From NCBI GenBank assembly GCA_964473815.1, contig CAYYQK010000001.1:243845-307844 (forward strand): a stretch of 64,000 bases of DNA. The letters run 5' to 3'. Positions within the stretch are counted from its first letter, which is position 1, and each line of letters opens with the position of its first letter. Below the pieces are notes generated by a model that was not told where the DNA came from, ran no database searches, and worked only from the letters and a program-made list of their open reading frames with translations. Shown piece by piece: positions 9,208-19,739 of this stretch. The translations under genes were made by a program, and so were the position numbers. The DNA is from an uncultured Candidatus Saccharibacteria bacterium. Lineage in GTDB: Bacteria; Patescibacteriota; Doudnabacteria; UBA920.

Positions 9208-10008
9208 TCAACTCGCAAATGCGATAGGGGCAGCTATCTTTCCGACGGTTCTGCTCTTCTTAGGCTCCCTGTATCTCTCTACTCGGTTGTCAGTGCGAAT
9301 AAAATTCGCATAGTACTCCCGAACTTCCGGCGTCCACAACCCACCGATAAACAAGCCTTCGTTCCTGACCGCTCTGTCCAAGATCTCAGTTTGGTTAATT
9401 AAAACTTGCGTTAAGATCTTGTCGTTATCTTTGTCCCAGAATTGTTCCTGGGCGTAGAAAATCGAATCCAAAGCCTCGATCGCGATGAACAGATGACATT
9501 CTGTAGAATTGTTTTCCCTGAGATCTTTCATCGTAGCCTGAGCATCTTCCGGCAACAAAGAAGTTTCTTTCAGAGCGTGCTGAACCAGATAGGCTCGTTG
9601 GAATTTCTTAAAGGCCGGTTTCGGCAGACCCGAATATCGTTCAACAAAAGCCATATACTCGGACCGGTCGGTTTTGTCGGATTGATCCTTCAACAGGATG
9701 TTCACACCTAACTCAGCTTCTCCTTCCAGCTTGACTTTGATCGCTGAATTGATGAAGTCCCAGTCCACGAGAATGGGCGGAAGGGTGTACCTGATCAGGT
9801 CAGCTAGTAGTAGCATTGAAACAAGGTGTTGCAATGAGCTCTGGCGCCGAACGCCGTTCGTCTCCGGGTCATCAGAGTACTGACTCCAGCGTTCAATGCC
9901 ATCCAAGTCGACCTGAACCCCTTTCCACAGTTTATGTAAAGGGATCAGTTCTGATAGAGCTTCGTCAAAATTGTTTGCGGCGATTGCTTCATTTCCATTT
10001 TTTATCAT
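9208..10008 (-). CDS. degenerate HD-domain (YfbR/HDDC2-like) protein
   Basis: IERW...QSSLQH...KVKLEGEAELGVNI...EALD aligns by eye to RW...ExVAEH...HDLxEAxxGDI...DxLD; GGAGG 7 nt before ATG 10008. Confidence 0.55.
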   Translation of the reverse strand: MIKNGNEAIAANNFDEALSELIPLHKLWKGVQVDLDGIERWSQYSDDPETNGVRRQSSLQHLVSMLLLADLIRYTLPPILVDWDFINSAIKVKLEGEAELGVNILLKDQSDKTDRSEYMAFVERYSGLPKPAFKKFQRAYLVQHALKETSLLPEDAQATMKDLRENNSTECHLFIAIEALDSIFYAQEQFWDKDNDKILTQVLINQTEILDRAVRNEGLFIGGLWTPEVREYYANFIRTDNRVERYREPKKSRTVGKIAAPIAFAS

Positions 10009-10091
10009 AAAATTTCCTCCGTTCTTTGGACATGATAGCACACTTGCACATGATTGCATAAACCCTTTAAAACCAGTATAATTAGACAGTT

Positions 10092-11162
10092 ATGAAACCA
10101 GGTTTTATCAAAATTTTGGATGAATATAATTCACTGACAGAACAAATGAGTTCTGGCGGTGATTTTGATATTGCCAAAATTGGTAAGCGTCAGGCGCAGC
10201 TTTTGCCAACTGTTGAAAAAATTCGCGACTTGCAGAATTGCGAAAAGCAGATTGAAGAAAACAAGCAGCTTCTAGATGGAGACGATGAAGAGATGCGTAA
10301 TTTGGCCTTGGAAGAAATCGAAATGCTTGAGACGAAAGTGTTAGAACTCACTGATGCAATTGAAACTGATTTAATTCCCAAAGACGAAAACGATGACAAA
10401 AATATTATGATCGAAATGCGCGCCGGAGCCGGTGGTGATGAATCGACCTTATTTGCTGCAGAAATGTTTCGCGCTTATGGCAAGTATGCGGAAGCACAAG
10501 GATGGACTGTGCATATAGACTCTTCATCTCGCAGTGATGCTGGTGGATTTAAGGAGGTAATATTTGAAGTGAATGGTCGTGGGCGCTCTGAACTTGGCCC
10601 TTATAGCAAATTTAAATATGAGTCCGGCGTGCACCGAGTACAGCGCGTACCAGAGACTGAAAAACAAGGCCGCGTACATACTTCAACCATTACAATTGCC
10701 GTAATGCCGCAACTGGAAGAAAAAGATTATGTAATTGACGCGAAAGATTTGAAGATCGAAGCTACTACCTCGCAAGGCGCGGGCGGGCAAAGTGTGAACA
10801 CTACTTATAGCGCAATTCGTGTGGTACACATTCCTACTGGGATTGTGGCGCAATGTCAGGATGAACGCTCGCAAGCTCAAAACAAAGAAAAAGCTTTGGC
10901 TGTTATTCGCGCGCGCGTTTCTGCTTACTACCGGGAAATAGAAGAAAAGAAAATTACTGATGCGCGACGCAGCCAAATTGGTACTGGCGACCGCAGTGAA
11001 AAAATCCGTACTTACAACTTCCCGCAAGATCGCGTAACTGATCACCGCATTAATCAAAACTTCAACCAGATTAACTTGATTATGGAAGGTCAGTTTGAAC
11101 CAATTATTTCTGCGCTAGAAAAAGCAGATATGGAACTGCGCAAAGAAGCTATTCAGAAGTAA
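10092..11162 (+). CDS. prfA: peptide chain release factor 1
   Basis: GGQ motif, PET anticodon motif, GDRSEKIRTYN. Confidence 0.98.
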   Translation: MKPGFIKILDEYNSLTEQMSSGGDFDIAKIGKRQAQLLPTVEKIRDLQNCEKQIEENKQLLDGDDEEMRNLALEEIEMLETKVLELTDAIETDLIPKDENDDKNIMIEMRAGAGGDESTLFAAEMFRAYGKYAEAQGWTVHIDSSSRSDAGGFKEVIFEVNGRGRSELGPYSKFKYESGVHRVQRVPETEKQGRVHTSTITIAVMPQLEEKDYVIDAKDLKIEATTSQGAGGQSVNTTYSAIRVVHIPTGIVAQCQDERSQAQNKEKALAVIRARVSAYYREIEEKKITDARRSQIGTGDRSEKIRTYNFPQDRVTDHRINQNFNQINLIMEGQFEPIISALEKADMELRKEAIQK

Positions 11163-11176
11163 TTTTGTTGACCTGA

Positions 11177-11986
11177 ATGACAATTTCTGAAGCTTTAAAA
11201 AAATATAAAGATATTGAAGCTGATTTACTCCTTGGCCACGTTTTAAAGAAGTCCAAGGAGTTTTTGTATTTGAATTCAGAAAAAAAGCTTACCGAAACAC
11301 AACGAAAGAAATTTATTTTGGCCGCGAATTACAGGCGTCATGGTGTTCCGATTGCCTATATTGTTGGTTATAAATACTTTTACGGTTTGAAGTTTAAAGT
11401 TAGTCGCGATGTATTAATCCCCCGCCCTGAGACGGAGTGGTTGGTGGAAAAAAGTTTGCGGATCATTTCCGCTAAACTGAAACGTCCGCACATAAAAAAA
11501 CTGCGGGTATTGGATTTAGGGACTGGGAGCGGATGCATTGCCATTAGCATCGCGAAAAATATCAAAAGCAAGTACGTGGAAATAGATGCTATTGATCAGT
11601 CGTTCGAAGCTTTAAGATTGGCTAAAGCAAATGCTAAAACTTTGAAAGCAAAGATACATTTTATACAAAGTGATTTGTTAGCAAATACCGAAGCCAAATA
11701 CGACTTAATTATAGCCAACCTGCCTTACGTGCCCATTTCGGATTACAAAAAGCTATACAGTAACTTAAAATTTGAGCCTAAAAGAGCATTAACAGATGGC
11801 CATGATGACTTTCGCCTCATCAAAAAGTTTTTAAAACAAGCTCCAACACATTTACAACCGGGTGGAACAATAATTTTGGAAGTTGATCCCAAATTCTTTA
11901 GGCAAAAACAAGATCATCCTTGGCGAATTGTAAAGGACCTGCATAACTTAAATAGATTTGCGCTCTTAAAAGGTGCGATAAAATAA
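11177..11986 (+). CDS. prmC: release factor glutamine methyltransferase
   Basis: LIPRPETE, DLGTGSG, NLPY; follows prfA. Confidence 0.95.
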   Translation: MTISEALKKYKDIEADLLLGHVLKKSKEFLYLNSEKKLTETQRKKFILAANYRRHGVPIAYIVGYKYFYGLKFKVSRDVLIPRPETEWLVEKSLRIISAKLKRPHIKKLRVLDLGTGSGCIAISIAKNIKSKYVEIDAIDQSFEALRLAKANAKTLKAKIHFIQSDLLANTEAKYDLIIANLPYVPISDYKKLYSNLKFEPKRALTDGHDDFRLIKKFLKQAPTHLQPGGTIILEVDPKFFRQKQDHPWRIVKDLHNLNRFALLKGAIK

Positions 11987-12043
11987 CTTGCCGAACTTCC
12001 ATTTTTGGACATATAATACTGAGTAAATAAATTGGGAGGTGTT

Positions 12044-12427
12044 ATGGAAGAGGAAAAAGTCGTAGTTAATCCTAAACTGGAAAAGTTCTGGAACTTCGTT
12101 CTTACATACAAACTTATTTGGTTCGGCTTGATCGGCGTGGTTATTGCCTTTCTGTTTTCTGATCCAAAAACCGAAACCCTAATCGGCTGCGCTGCGATAT
12201 TCACAATCGCATCAGGGATGCTAAAAGTTTATTGCGGCTGGTCAATTCGGGAGCAAACAACTGTGCTAATTGCCGCGGGTACTCTGGTCGTATATTACAA
12301 CCTAGAGAAGACCTATACGGAACGAGCTCCTGTCGGGGAAGCTTTAGGTGGGCTGATGATTTTCGTTGGTGCTGTTTGGCAGTTAATCGAATATTTCGGT
12401 GCTCTTAAAACGGAAGCACACAACTGA
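12044..12427 (+). CDS. hypothetical four-TM membrane protein
   Basis: GGAGGT before ATG 12044, own promoter TTGCCG-18-TATAAT, hydrophobic segments. Confidence 0.7.
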   Translation: MEEEKVVVNPKLEKFWNFVLTYKLIWFGLIGVVIAFLFSDPKTETLIGCAAIFTIASGMLKVYCGWSIREQTTVLIAAGTLVVYYNLEKTYTERAPVGEALGGLMIFVGAVWQLIEYFGALKTEAHN

Positions 12428-12499
12428 CACTAGAAATTCCACACAAAAAAAAGCCGGTCGCTCATAAGCGATCGGCTCTTATTTTATCTATTAACGATA

Positions 12500-13198
12500 T
12501 TACTCGCCAGATTCTTCTTTTTTGGCATCGCCGCCATCGCTAGCAGCAGCTTCACCTTCCGCACCAGGTTCTGGACCAACAGCAGCAGCCACAGCAGCAG
12601 CTTCGTCCATTTGTGCGTTAGCAGCTTCTTCAGCCGCCATATCACGAGGAGGTTGAACGGTTGCAACCATTTCGTCAGCTTCCGCTTTAATCTCAACTTT
12701 ATCAGAAACTTTAAGGTCTGAAACCAAAATTTGTTTGTCGAATGAATCCAAAACTGAAATATCAACATTAATTTGGTGAGGCAGGTCTGCTGGTAAACAT
12801 TCAACTTCAACTTCTGACAAAACTGTTACCAAAGTACCGCCCAAAGCTTTCACTGCATGAGATTCACCTTCGAATTCCAAAGGCACAGTAGCAGTAAGCT
12901 TTTCAGACATCTTAACTTCGTAGAAGTCAACGTGAATTGGCTGAGAAGATAGATAGTGGCGTTCAACATCCTTAATTAAGACATTACGCATACCGCCGTC
13001 TGGTAATTGCAGCTCAATAATAGTACTTTCACCCGCTTTACGGAGTACTTTTTCAAACTCAATTTGATTCAAACTTAAATGGAGATTTTGAATTTTATGG
13101 CCATACAATTCGGCTGGAATTAGACCAGCGCGATAAAGTGGCTTAGCTGTGCGGGTATTTACCTCGCGAGCTTCTGTTTTTAACTGAATTTTTTCCAT
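12500..13198 (-). CDS. rplY: 50S ribosomal protein L25 (CTC-type, long)
   Basis: GLIPAELYG, HVDFY, ECLPADLP; acidic tail. Confidence 0.95.
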   Translation of the reverse strand: MEKIQLKTEAREVNTRTAKPLYRAGLIPAELYGHKIQNLHLSLNQIEFEKVLRKAGESTIIELQLPDGGMRNVLIKDVERHYLSSQPIHVDFYEVKMSEKLTATVPLEFEGESHAVKALGGTLVTVLSEVEVECLPADLPHQINVDISVLDSFDKQILVSDLKVSDKVEIKAEADEMVATVQPPRDMAAEEAANAQMDEAAAVAAAVGPEPGAEGEAAASDGGDAKKEESGE

Positions 13199-13278
13199 AT
13201 CAATACAATATCAAAAGATTAAATACTGAAGTATTCTATCAAATTCTTATATTTTTGGCAAGTCCCGAGGCTGAGAAA

Positions 13279-13665
13279 TTATTTCTTAGTCTTGAAAGCC
13301 TTAATAAAATCCCCATTAAACTTACGGATTCCGTTGTGAACCGAGATCACATCGTCAATATTAAGGGATGGATAAGCGCTAAATTTGTCGCTATCTTTGC
13401 TGGTGAGGTCAGTTTTGGCAATAACTGTAAAAATGTCAGCGCCGTTGATATCAATATTAAACATCACGCTACTTTTACATCTTTGGCAATCTGAATGAAT
13501 TAACAGATGAGCTTCCGAAGTCAGGGCATCTGTTTCACTGTCCATAATTTTAATATTTGAGAAATCGTACTTTGCGTTACAAACCGGGCAGTGCAGCATG
13601 AATCCTAGCCAAGCCAACACTTTTTTCAAATTAAATTTCTTCATTTTCTCGTTTTTAATGTACAT
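13279..13665 (-). CDS. hypothetical zinc-binding protein
   Basis: CPVC and CQRC pairs; IDDVISVH motif. Confidence 0.7.
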   Translation of the reverse strand: MYIKNEKMKKFNLKKVLAWLGFMLHCPVCNAKYDFSNIKIMDSETDALTSEAHLLIHSDCQRCKSSVMFNIDINGADIFTVIAKTDLTSKDSDKFSAYPSLNIDDVISVHNGIRKFNGDFIKAFKTKK

Positions 13666-13719
13666 CCCTATTATACACTTTGTGAAATGAAAGGTAAATT
13701 ATTGCGCTCTGGATGTGTA

Positions 13720-14820
13720 CTAGAAACGCAAAGCTTTGGATTGTTTGGCAACATTTTGCACAATTCCGAGGGCAATGCAGGTTACTAACAAAGAGCTTCC
13801 ACCGTAAGTTAAGAATGGTAATGGAATCCCTGTCACAGGTAGCAAGCCGATATTCATACCAATATTGATTAACACCTGCGCCATGAACAAAAACAAAATC
13901 CCGCCAGTAATATAAAGCGCTAAATCATCTGGGGAGTTCTTCATTATTTTTATGAAACGGCGGAAAAGCAGAAAGTATAAGAACAGCAAAGCAACGGAGC
14001 CAGTGAAACCAATTTCTTCGGCAGCTGACGCAAAGATAAAGTCGGTTTGTCGTTCAGGTAAAAATTTTAGCTGGCTTTGCAAGCCCTTCCCAAGTCCGCG
14101 ACCGAGCATTTCCCCACTTCCTACCGCAATGATCGCCTGACGAACATTGTATCCCTGCTTTTGTGCATATTTATCAGGATTCAAAAATACTTCCACGCGC
14201 TGCTTTTGATAATCATGCAATACGAATTTCCAGGCTACACCACCTAGAGCCACAGCAACAATTAAGAAAATAATTATATAGTAACGCCGCAGCGGGCTGA
14301 TCAACATAATTCCAAACCAAACAGTCATTACGACAATTGCAGAGCCGAGATCAGGTTCAATGAAAATTAAACCTGCTGGCACCGCTGCATACAAAAAAGT
14401 AATCAAGATACTGGACCAGGAATTAATTTGACCACGTTTTAAATACAACCATCGCGACAAACCAAGACCAATAATAATTTTAGCGAGTTCCGCAGGTTGT
14501 AATTGAAAAAAGCCAAAGTCGATCCAGCGGGCACTACCACGAATTGGATCACCGAAAAGCACTAGGTAAATTAAAGCGAGAATTAAAACCAGATAAGCAA
14601 TGCGATTAATCTTTGCCAATCGATGATAATTGTAAGAAGCAAAGAGCAAAAACAACACTACACCAGCACAGGAAAAGATTAATTGGCGGTAAAATATGCC
14701 GATATTATCGCCGGAAAGCGAAACAGCGTATTGCACAGCCAATCCGAGCAATAACAATAAGCCGCTGACAACGAGCAGCGGCATATCGTAATATTTTAAT
14801 CGGTTAAAAATTGTCGGCAT
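13720..14820 (-). CDS. rodA: rod shape-determining SEDS protein RodA
   Basis: RWID..QPAELAK, EPDLGS, FLPERQTDFIF, PVTGIPLPFLTYGGSS. Confidence 0.93.
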   Translation of the reverse strand: MPTIFNRLKYYDMPLLVVSGLLLLLGLAVQYAVSLSGDNIGIFYRQLIFSCAGVVLFLLFASYNYHRLAKINRIAYLVLILALIYLVLFGDPIRGSARWIDFGFFQLQPAELAKIIIGLGLSRWLYLKRGQINSWSSILITFLYAAVPAGLIFIEPDLGSAIVVMTVWFGIMLISPLRRYYIIIFLIVAVALGGVAWKFVLHDYQKQRVEVFLNPDKYAQKQGYNVRQAIIAVGSGEMLGRGLGKGLQSQLKFLPERQTDFIFASAAEEIGFTGSVALLFLYFLLFRRFIKIMKNSPDDLALYITGGILFLFMAQVLINIGMNIGLLPVTGIPLPFLTYGGSSLLVTCIALGIVQNVAKQSKALRF

Positions 14821-15691
14821 TGTTAGTATTACTTGGAGACGCTTGTGTTGTATCTATTGTGATATTTTGCGGATCGAGTGAATTAGTCGTTGGAATGATT
14901 TGCACTTTCTTTACCTGGTCTTTGTAAAGTCCCGGCCATAGTTGATTGAAACTCCGGCGTCCGAAAGGTACTAATTTATTTTCGTCGCGTTGACTAACGC
15001 CAATTATTTGTCCGTTATCATCGTACAACAAAAATACAATTCTGGCGCTAGCAATTTGATACGGACTGTCATTAATTATAGAGACTTGGGCAACAAAAGT
15101 TAACGGGTTCGATTGATCACTCAAAATCGGTTCAGCCGCGCGAAGCTTTACATCGGCAATGGATAATTTCTTTTGCCAGTTTATATTATCGAGTTTAATC
15201 GTACCCGCAGAGACATTCCCACTACCCACGTTAATATTTGGAAACACTACGTACTTCTTTTCGTTTGGCAGTAAGTACAAAGTGCCCTTGGAAGTATTAA
15301 CGGTAGCGCCGGAAGAATTGGTAAAATTCGCGGTGTATGTAATGTCATTGGCAGAAAGTTCAATGTTAGGATTGGTTACTGTTACTACTGCGCTGTAGGA
15401 ATTGTTTGGGTTATGGATTACTGTCATCTTCCCAATACTTGGCGGAAGCTCGGCAGTGAAAGCAGAATGCTCTGAGAGAGCCATTCGACCGTACTTCGAA
15501 GACAAATATTGTTCAGTGCCTAAACGCGCGATTAAATAAACTGGAATTATTAGGATAGCTATAGCTAAAATCACCCGTTGCTTCCAAACCGGTAAGTTAC
15601 CAAATTCATTTAAAAATGAAAAACTTTTTTCTTGTACGCCCAAGACTGCTTCTTGAACATTGACCTGAACAGTGTCTTTTATGTCAGCCAT
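14804..15691 (-). CDS. membrane-anchored protein with FxLYD-like beta domain
   Basis: N-terminal TM, beta-rich extracellular part, FLLYD motif. Confidence 0.7.
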   Translation of the reverse strand: MADIKDTVQVNVQEAVLGVQEKSFSFLNEFGNLPVWKQRVILAIAILIIPVYLIARLGTEQYLSSKYGRMALSEHSAFTAELPPSIGKMTVIHNPNNSYSAVVTVTNPNIELSANDITYTANFTNSSGATVNTSKGTLYLLPNEKKYVVFPNINVGSGNVSAGTIKLDNINWQKKLSIADVKLRAAEPILSDQSNPLTFVAQVSIINDSPYQIASARIVFLLYDDNGQIIGVSQRDENKLVPFGRRSFNQLWPGLYKDQVKKVQIIPTTNSLDPQNITIDTTQASPSNTNNADNF

Positions 15692-15725
15692 TTGGTTATG
15701 TTATGATAACTATATTATATCAAAA

Positions 15726-18700
15726 ATGTTCACTCATCTCCATTGCCATTCGCATTATTCCCTACTCGACGGACTTTCAAAAGTGCCGGATTTAATTGCG
15801 GCCGCAGTCGCCGATGGGCAAACTTCCCTTGCAATTACCGATCATGGCGTTATGTACGGTGCGGTCGAATTCTTTAACGAGTGTAATACCGCAGGGATAA
15901 AACCAATTATTGGTATGGAAGCTTACATCGCGCCCCGTTCCATGGCAGACAAAGAAGGTAAAAGCGATGCGGACTATTTCCATATGACTTTGTTGGCTGA
16001 AAATTACGATGGTTACTTAAATCTGATGAAGCTGACCACCATTGCTCACCAGGAAGGTTTTTACTACAAACCCCGTATTGATCTGGCGACCTTAAAAGAA
16101 TATGCGAAAGGAATAATTGCTTTATCTGGTTGCCCGCGCGGTCATGTCGCACGTGCGATTTTGGAAAATCGTGGACAAACCAAACCTGCTGAAACGGTTT
16201 TGCAAGCAATATTAGAAATTTTTGGGAAAGATAATTTTTTCTTGGAATTACAGCGCAATGCAAATGACGGCAAAGAATTACAACCAAACGATGAACTAAT
16301 TGCCTTGGGTAAAAAGTTTGGTGTGCCGGTTGTCGCTACGCAAGATTGCCACTACATCCACAAAGATGACGCAGAAGCACAGGACATAATGGTCTGCATT
16401 GGCACGGGTAAAAATGTTGATGATCCAAAACGCCTCGACATGCGCAGTCATGATTTAAGTTTGCGCTCTACCGCAGAGATGACAGAAGTTTTTGCAGATG
16501 TACCTGATGCAATTAGTAACACCCAAGTTATTGCGGGACGCTGTAATGTGACAATCCCAATCGGACAACGTTTGTTTCCAAAAGTTAAGCTGCCTGCCAA
16601 CACCACTTCGGAACAACACTTAACTCACACTGTAAATGAACTTGCGAAAACTTCTTACGGAGACAAAGTTACCGGCATTGTTCCACCCGACATTCAGGAG
16701 CGCATTGACTATGAATTAGATATTATCAACAACAAAGGTTTTGCCCCTTACTTTTTGATGGTGGCAAATGTTGTTAAGGGTGCGCACGCTCTGGGTGCGA
16801 TCACTAATACTCGTGGCAGCGCTGCTGGTTCGATTGTTGGACGCATTTTGGAGATTACTAATATCGATCCTCTATATTATCAATTGCCGTTCGAACGTTT
16901 CCTAACTAAAGATCGTCCTACTCCTCCTGATATAGACCTCGATATTGCTGATGATCGACGTGACGAAGTGATTGCCTGGATGACCCAGGAATACGGGCAT
17001 GAAAACGTGGCGCAAATTATTACTTTCGGGACTATGAAAGCCCGCGCGGTTGTGCGCGATGTGGGCCGAGCTTTAGCTATTCCGTACGGCAAGTGTGATC
17101 GCATTGCCAAAATGATTCCTTTGGGTAAACAAGGTTTTGAAATGACTTTGGAAAAAGCGTTGGGATTGAGTATTGAACTCAAAACTGCTTACGACACTGA
17201 CGAAGAAACGCATCGGATAATTGAAATTTCTCGTAAGCTCGAGGGTTGTGTTCGCCATGCCTCAATTCACGCTGCGGGGATTGTGATCACGCCAACTCCT
17301 TTAACAGACAACATTCCTTTGCAAAAAGAACCAGATGGTGAACGGTTAATTACTCAATACGACATGTACGCGCTAGACCCGAACGCAGACAGCGGTGCTA
17401 TCGGTGCTATTAAACTCGATTTGTTGGGAATTCGTAATTTGTCGATTTTGGAAAAAGCTTTGAAACTGGTGAAGATTCGACACAATGTAGAACTGGATAT
17501 CAATAATCTCCCCCACCCTGATCCTAAAACTTTTGAGATGCTCTCTAAAGGTTTAACTTTCGGTGTGTTTCAACTTGGATCTTCGGGCATGACTCGCTAC
17601 TTAAAAGAACTTCGACCAAGCACCATTTTTGACATCTCAGCGATGATCGCGTTGTACCGCCCGGGCCCGATGCAGTTCATTCCGGATTACATTGCGCGTA
17701 AACACAACCCTAAACTAATTACTTACATGGATCCGGAGTTGGAACGAATTTTAAATCGTACTTATGGAATTTTGGTATATCAAGACGACCTTTTGATAAT
17801 TGCGCACGACTTAGCCGGTTATACTTGGCCGGAAGTAGATAAATTCCGAAAAGCGGTTGGTAAGAAGATTCCAGCAGAAATGGCTAAGCAAAAGGAAAAA
17901 TTTATTAAAGGTTGTATGGAGACTTCCGGATGGACTGAACAAAAGGCCACTCAGATTTGGACTTGGATTGAACCATTCGCAGCTTATGGCTTTAATAAAT
18001 CTCACTCGGCCTCTTATTCTTTGGTGGGATACCAAACCGCTTATATGAAGGCGAATTTCCCAGTGGAATTTATGGCGGCTCTCATGACCGCGGACTCAGG
18101 AGATGAAGAAAAAATCTATGCCGCGGTTGAAGAATGTAAGAAAATGAATATTGCCGTGTTGCCGCCAGACGTGACTGAAAGCTATGGCGACTTTACAGTC
18201 ATTGATGATCACACCATTCGTTTCGGTTTACGTGCCATTAAAAATCTTGGTTCCGATGTTGTGCGGAAAATTATTGATTCGCACAAAGAGAAAATTGTAT
18301 TTAACAATTTAGAAGATTTTTTGATGAATTGTTACACCAAGAATTTGAATAAGAAATCTTGGGAAGCTTTGGTGAAATCGGGAGCATTGGATAAATTTGG
18401 GGAACGCGGACAACTTTTAGCAAGTACGGAACACGTGCTCGACTTTTTGCGTGAACATTTTAAACAGGATAATGTTGGCCAAAACTCCTTGTTTGGTGAA
18501 AGTTTACAAATTGGAAAGCTGCGATTAAAAGATGACGTTGCTGAAGCAACAAACGAAGAAAAACTGGGTTGGGAAAAAGAACATTTGGGAATGTTTGTCT
18601 CTGCCCACCCACTTGATGCTTACCGCGATGTGTTAAAAGATTTTTCGCCAATTGCCAATGTCATAACCCAAGGTGACGGACAAGCGGTAAATATTGCAGG

Positions 18701-19196
18701 CTTGATTGTAAAATACAAACGTACTCTTACTAAGAAAAATGACCCAATGGCTTTTTTCACTTTGCAAGATTTAAGTGGTTCTTTAGAAGTGTTGGTTTTT
18801 CCAAAAATAATGTTGCAGTCTTTACAATTTTTAGATTTAGACCGAATCGTTCAAGTAAAAGGACGAATCTCTGACAAAGACGGCGAACGAAAAATCATTG
18901 CCGAAGAAATTTCTGATGTGGTAAGCGATGAACTCTATACTATGGCTGTTTCTGAAATGGAAAAGCACAAGCAATTGGTTATACATATGCCAAGCATTCA
19001 AAACCAAGACGCTTTGAATCAGATTAAAGAATTATTAGTAGCAAACCCCGGGAATGCTCAGGTGTATTTAAATGTCGGTCAAGCTGGAACAGGAAAGACA
19101 ATAAAAACCCAATCTCAAGTTCATATTAGTCCTGAATTATTGCAGCAATTGCGCCGTGTTCCTGATGTTGTGAGTATTACCGACACCCTCGGTTAA
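15726..19196 (+). CDS. dnaE: DNA polymerase III alpha subunit
   Basis: PHP domain HLHCHSHYSLLDG, RGSAAGS, PDIDLD, YGFNKSH, OB fold; ATG at 15726. Confidence 0.98.
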   Translation: MFTHLHCHSHYSLLDGLSKVPDLIAAAVADGQTSLAITDHGVMYGAVEFFNECNTAGIKPIIGMEAYIAPRSMADKEGKSDADYFHMTLLAENYDGYLNLMKLTTIAHQEGFYYKPRIDLATLKEYAKGIIALSGCPRGHVARAILENRGQTKPAETVLQAILEIFGKDNFFLELQRNANDGKELQPNDELIALGKKFGVPVVATQDCHYIHKDDAEAQDIMVCIGTGKNVDDPKRLDMRSHDLSLRSTAEMTEVFADVPDAISNTQVIAGRCNVTIPIGQRLFPKVKLPANTTSEQHLTHTVNELAKTSYGDKVTGIVPPDIQERIDYELDIINNKGFAPYFLMVANVVKGAHALGAITNTRGSAAGSIVGRILEITNIDPLYYQLPFERFLTKDRPTPPDIDLDIADDRRDEVIAWMTQEYGHENVAQIITFGTMKARAVVRDVGRALAIPYGKCDRIAKMIPLGKQGFEMTLEKALGLSIELKTAYDTDEETHRIIEISRKLEGCVRHASIHAAGIVITPTPLTDNIPLQKEPDGERLITQYDMYALDPNADSGAIGAIKLDLLGIRNLSILEKALKLVKIRHNVELDINNLPHPDPKTFEMLSKGLTFGVFQLGSSGMTRYLKELRPSTIFDISAMIALYRPGPMQFIPDYIARKHNPKLITYMDPELERILNRTYGILVYQDDLLIIAHDLAGYTWPEVDKFRKAVGKKIPAEMAKQKEKFIKGCMETSGWTEQKATQIWTWIEPFAAYGFNKSHSASYSLVGYQTAYMKANFPVEFMAALMTADSGDEEKIYAAVEECKKMNIAVLPPDVTESYGDFTVIDDHTIRFGLRAIKNLGSDVVRKIIDSHKEKIVFNNLEDFLMNCYTKNLNKKSWEALVKSGALDKFGERGQLLASTEHVLDFLREHFKQDNVGQNSLFGESLQIGKLRLKDDVAEATNEEKLGWEKEHLGMFVSAHPLDAYRDVLKDFSPIANVITQGDGQAVNIAGLIVKYKRTLTKKNDPMAFFTLQDLSGSLEVLVFPKIMLQSLQFLDLDRIVQVKGRISDKDGERKIIAEEISDVVSDELYTMAVSEMEKHKQLVIHMPSIQNQDALNQIKELLVANPGNAQVYLNVGQAGTGKTIKTQSQVHISPELLQQLRRVPDVVSITDTLG

Positions 19197-19232
19197 CCCC
19201 TTGACAAACACACTCAGAGGTGTATATTAAAA

Positions 19233-19525
19233 GTGAGGTACATGCTTTACAAAGCTAAACCTCTTAGAGACTTGCTCTCCCCACATTTCATCGCAATTTA
19301 TTTAGTCTCCTGAGTTTCTGGATGTAATTTTTTTCCTCAGAAACTCTTCTCTCACTCATCTTGCGATGACTTCGATTCCATAGGAGGAATCATTTAAGGA
19401 TCATTTTATGTTAGGGCCCAAGTACTATTAACTAGCCCAACACCACCGTTTTCATATTTTTCTCTTTCATTGCTCGATCCTTTTTCTTCTCCCGCCGATT
19501 TCATCTGAAGTCGGCCCTTTTTTTA
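19233..19525 (+). ncRNA. candidate structured RNA or small-ORF transcript (locus B)
   Basis: TTGACA(19201)...TATATT(19223); nested stems 19288-19296/19361-19369 and 19312-19320/19338-19346; hairpin 19374-19391; terminator 19494-19524. Confidence 0.5.
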
Positions 19526-19551
19526 TTACCAAATTCATGTATAATAGAAGC

Positions 19552-19732
19552 AGCTCCTCAAATGCTGATGCGGCTACCAACCGCGGAGTTTGACTGAACT
19601 AAATAAAAAGGCCCTTGCAACATCAAGCAAGAGCGAACTGGGACGGAATCGTCTAAATAAAAGACCCCAGAGACAGCAATCGAACAGACCTTAAGTCATT
19701 ATCGATATTTGTCTCCGGGGTTCTTTGTTTTT
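19552..19732 (+). promoter_or_regulatory. compact Thr T-box-like leader (degenerate antiterminator)
   Basis: TATAAT 19540; K-turn stem 19558-19593 with ACC in apical loop; CTGGG-ACGGAATC-GTC..GAC-CCCAG antiterminator-like fold overlapping terminator 19659-19732. Confidence 0.65.
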
Positions 19733-19739
19733 CAGCCTA

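Noticed and set aside
4778-10008. PurZ/DatZ 2-aminoadenine (Z-genome) system from purA-like plus HD-like genes
   Set aside because: The synthetase keeps the PurA Asp (GDEGKG, not GSxGKG), the HD-like protein lacks HD, the genes are separated by core genes, and there is no phage context.
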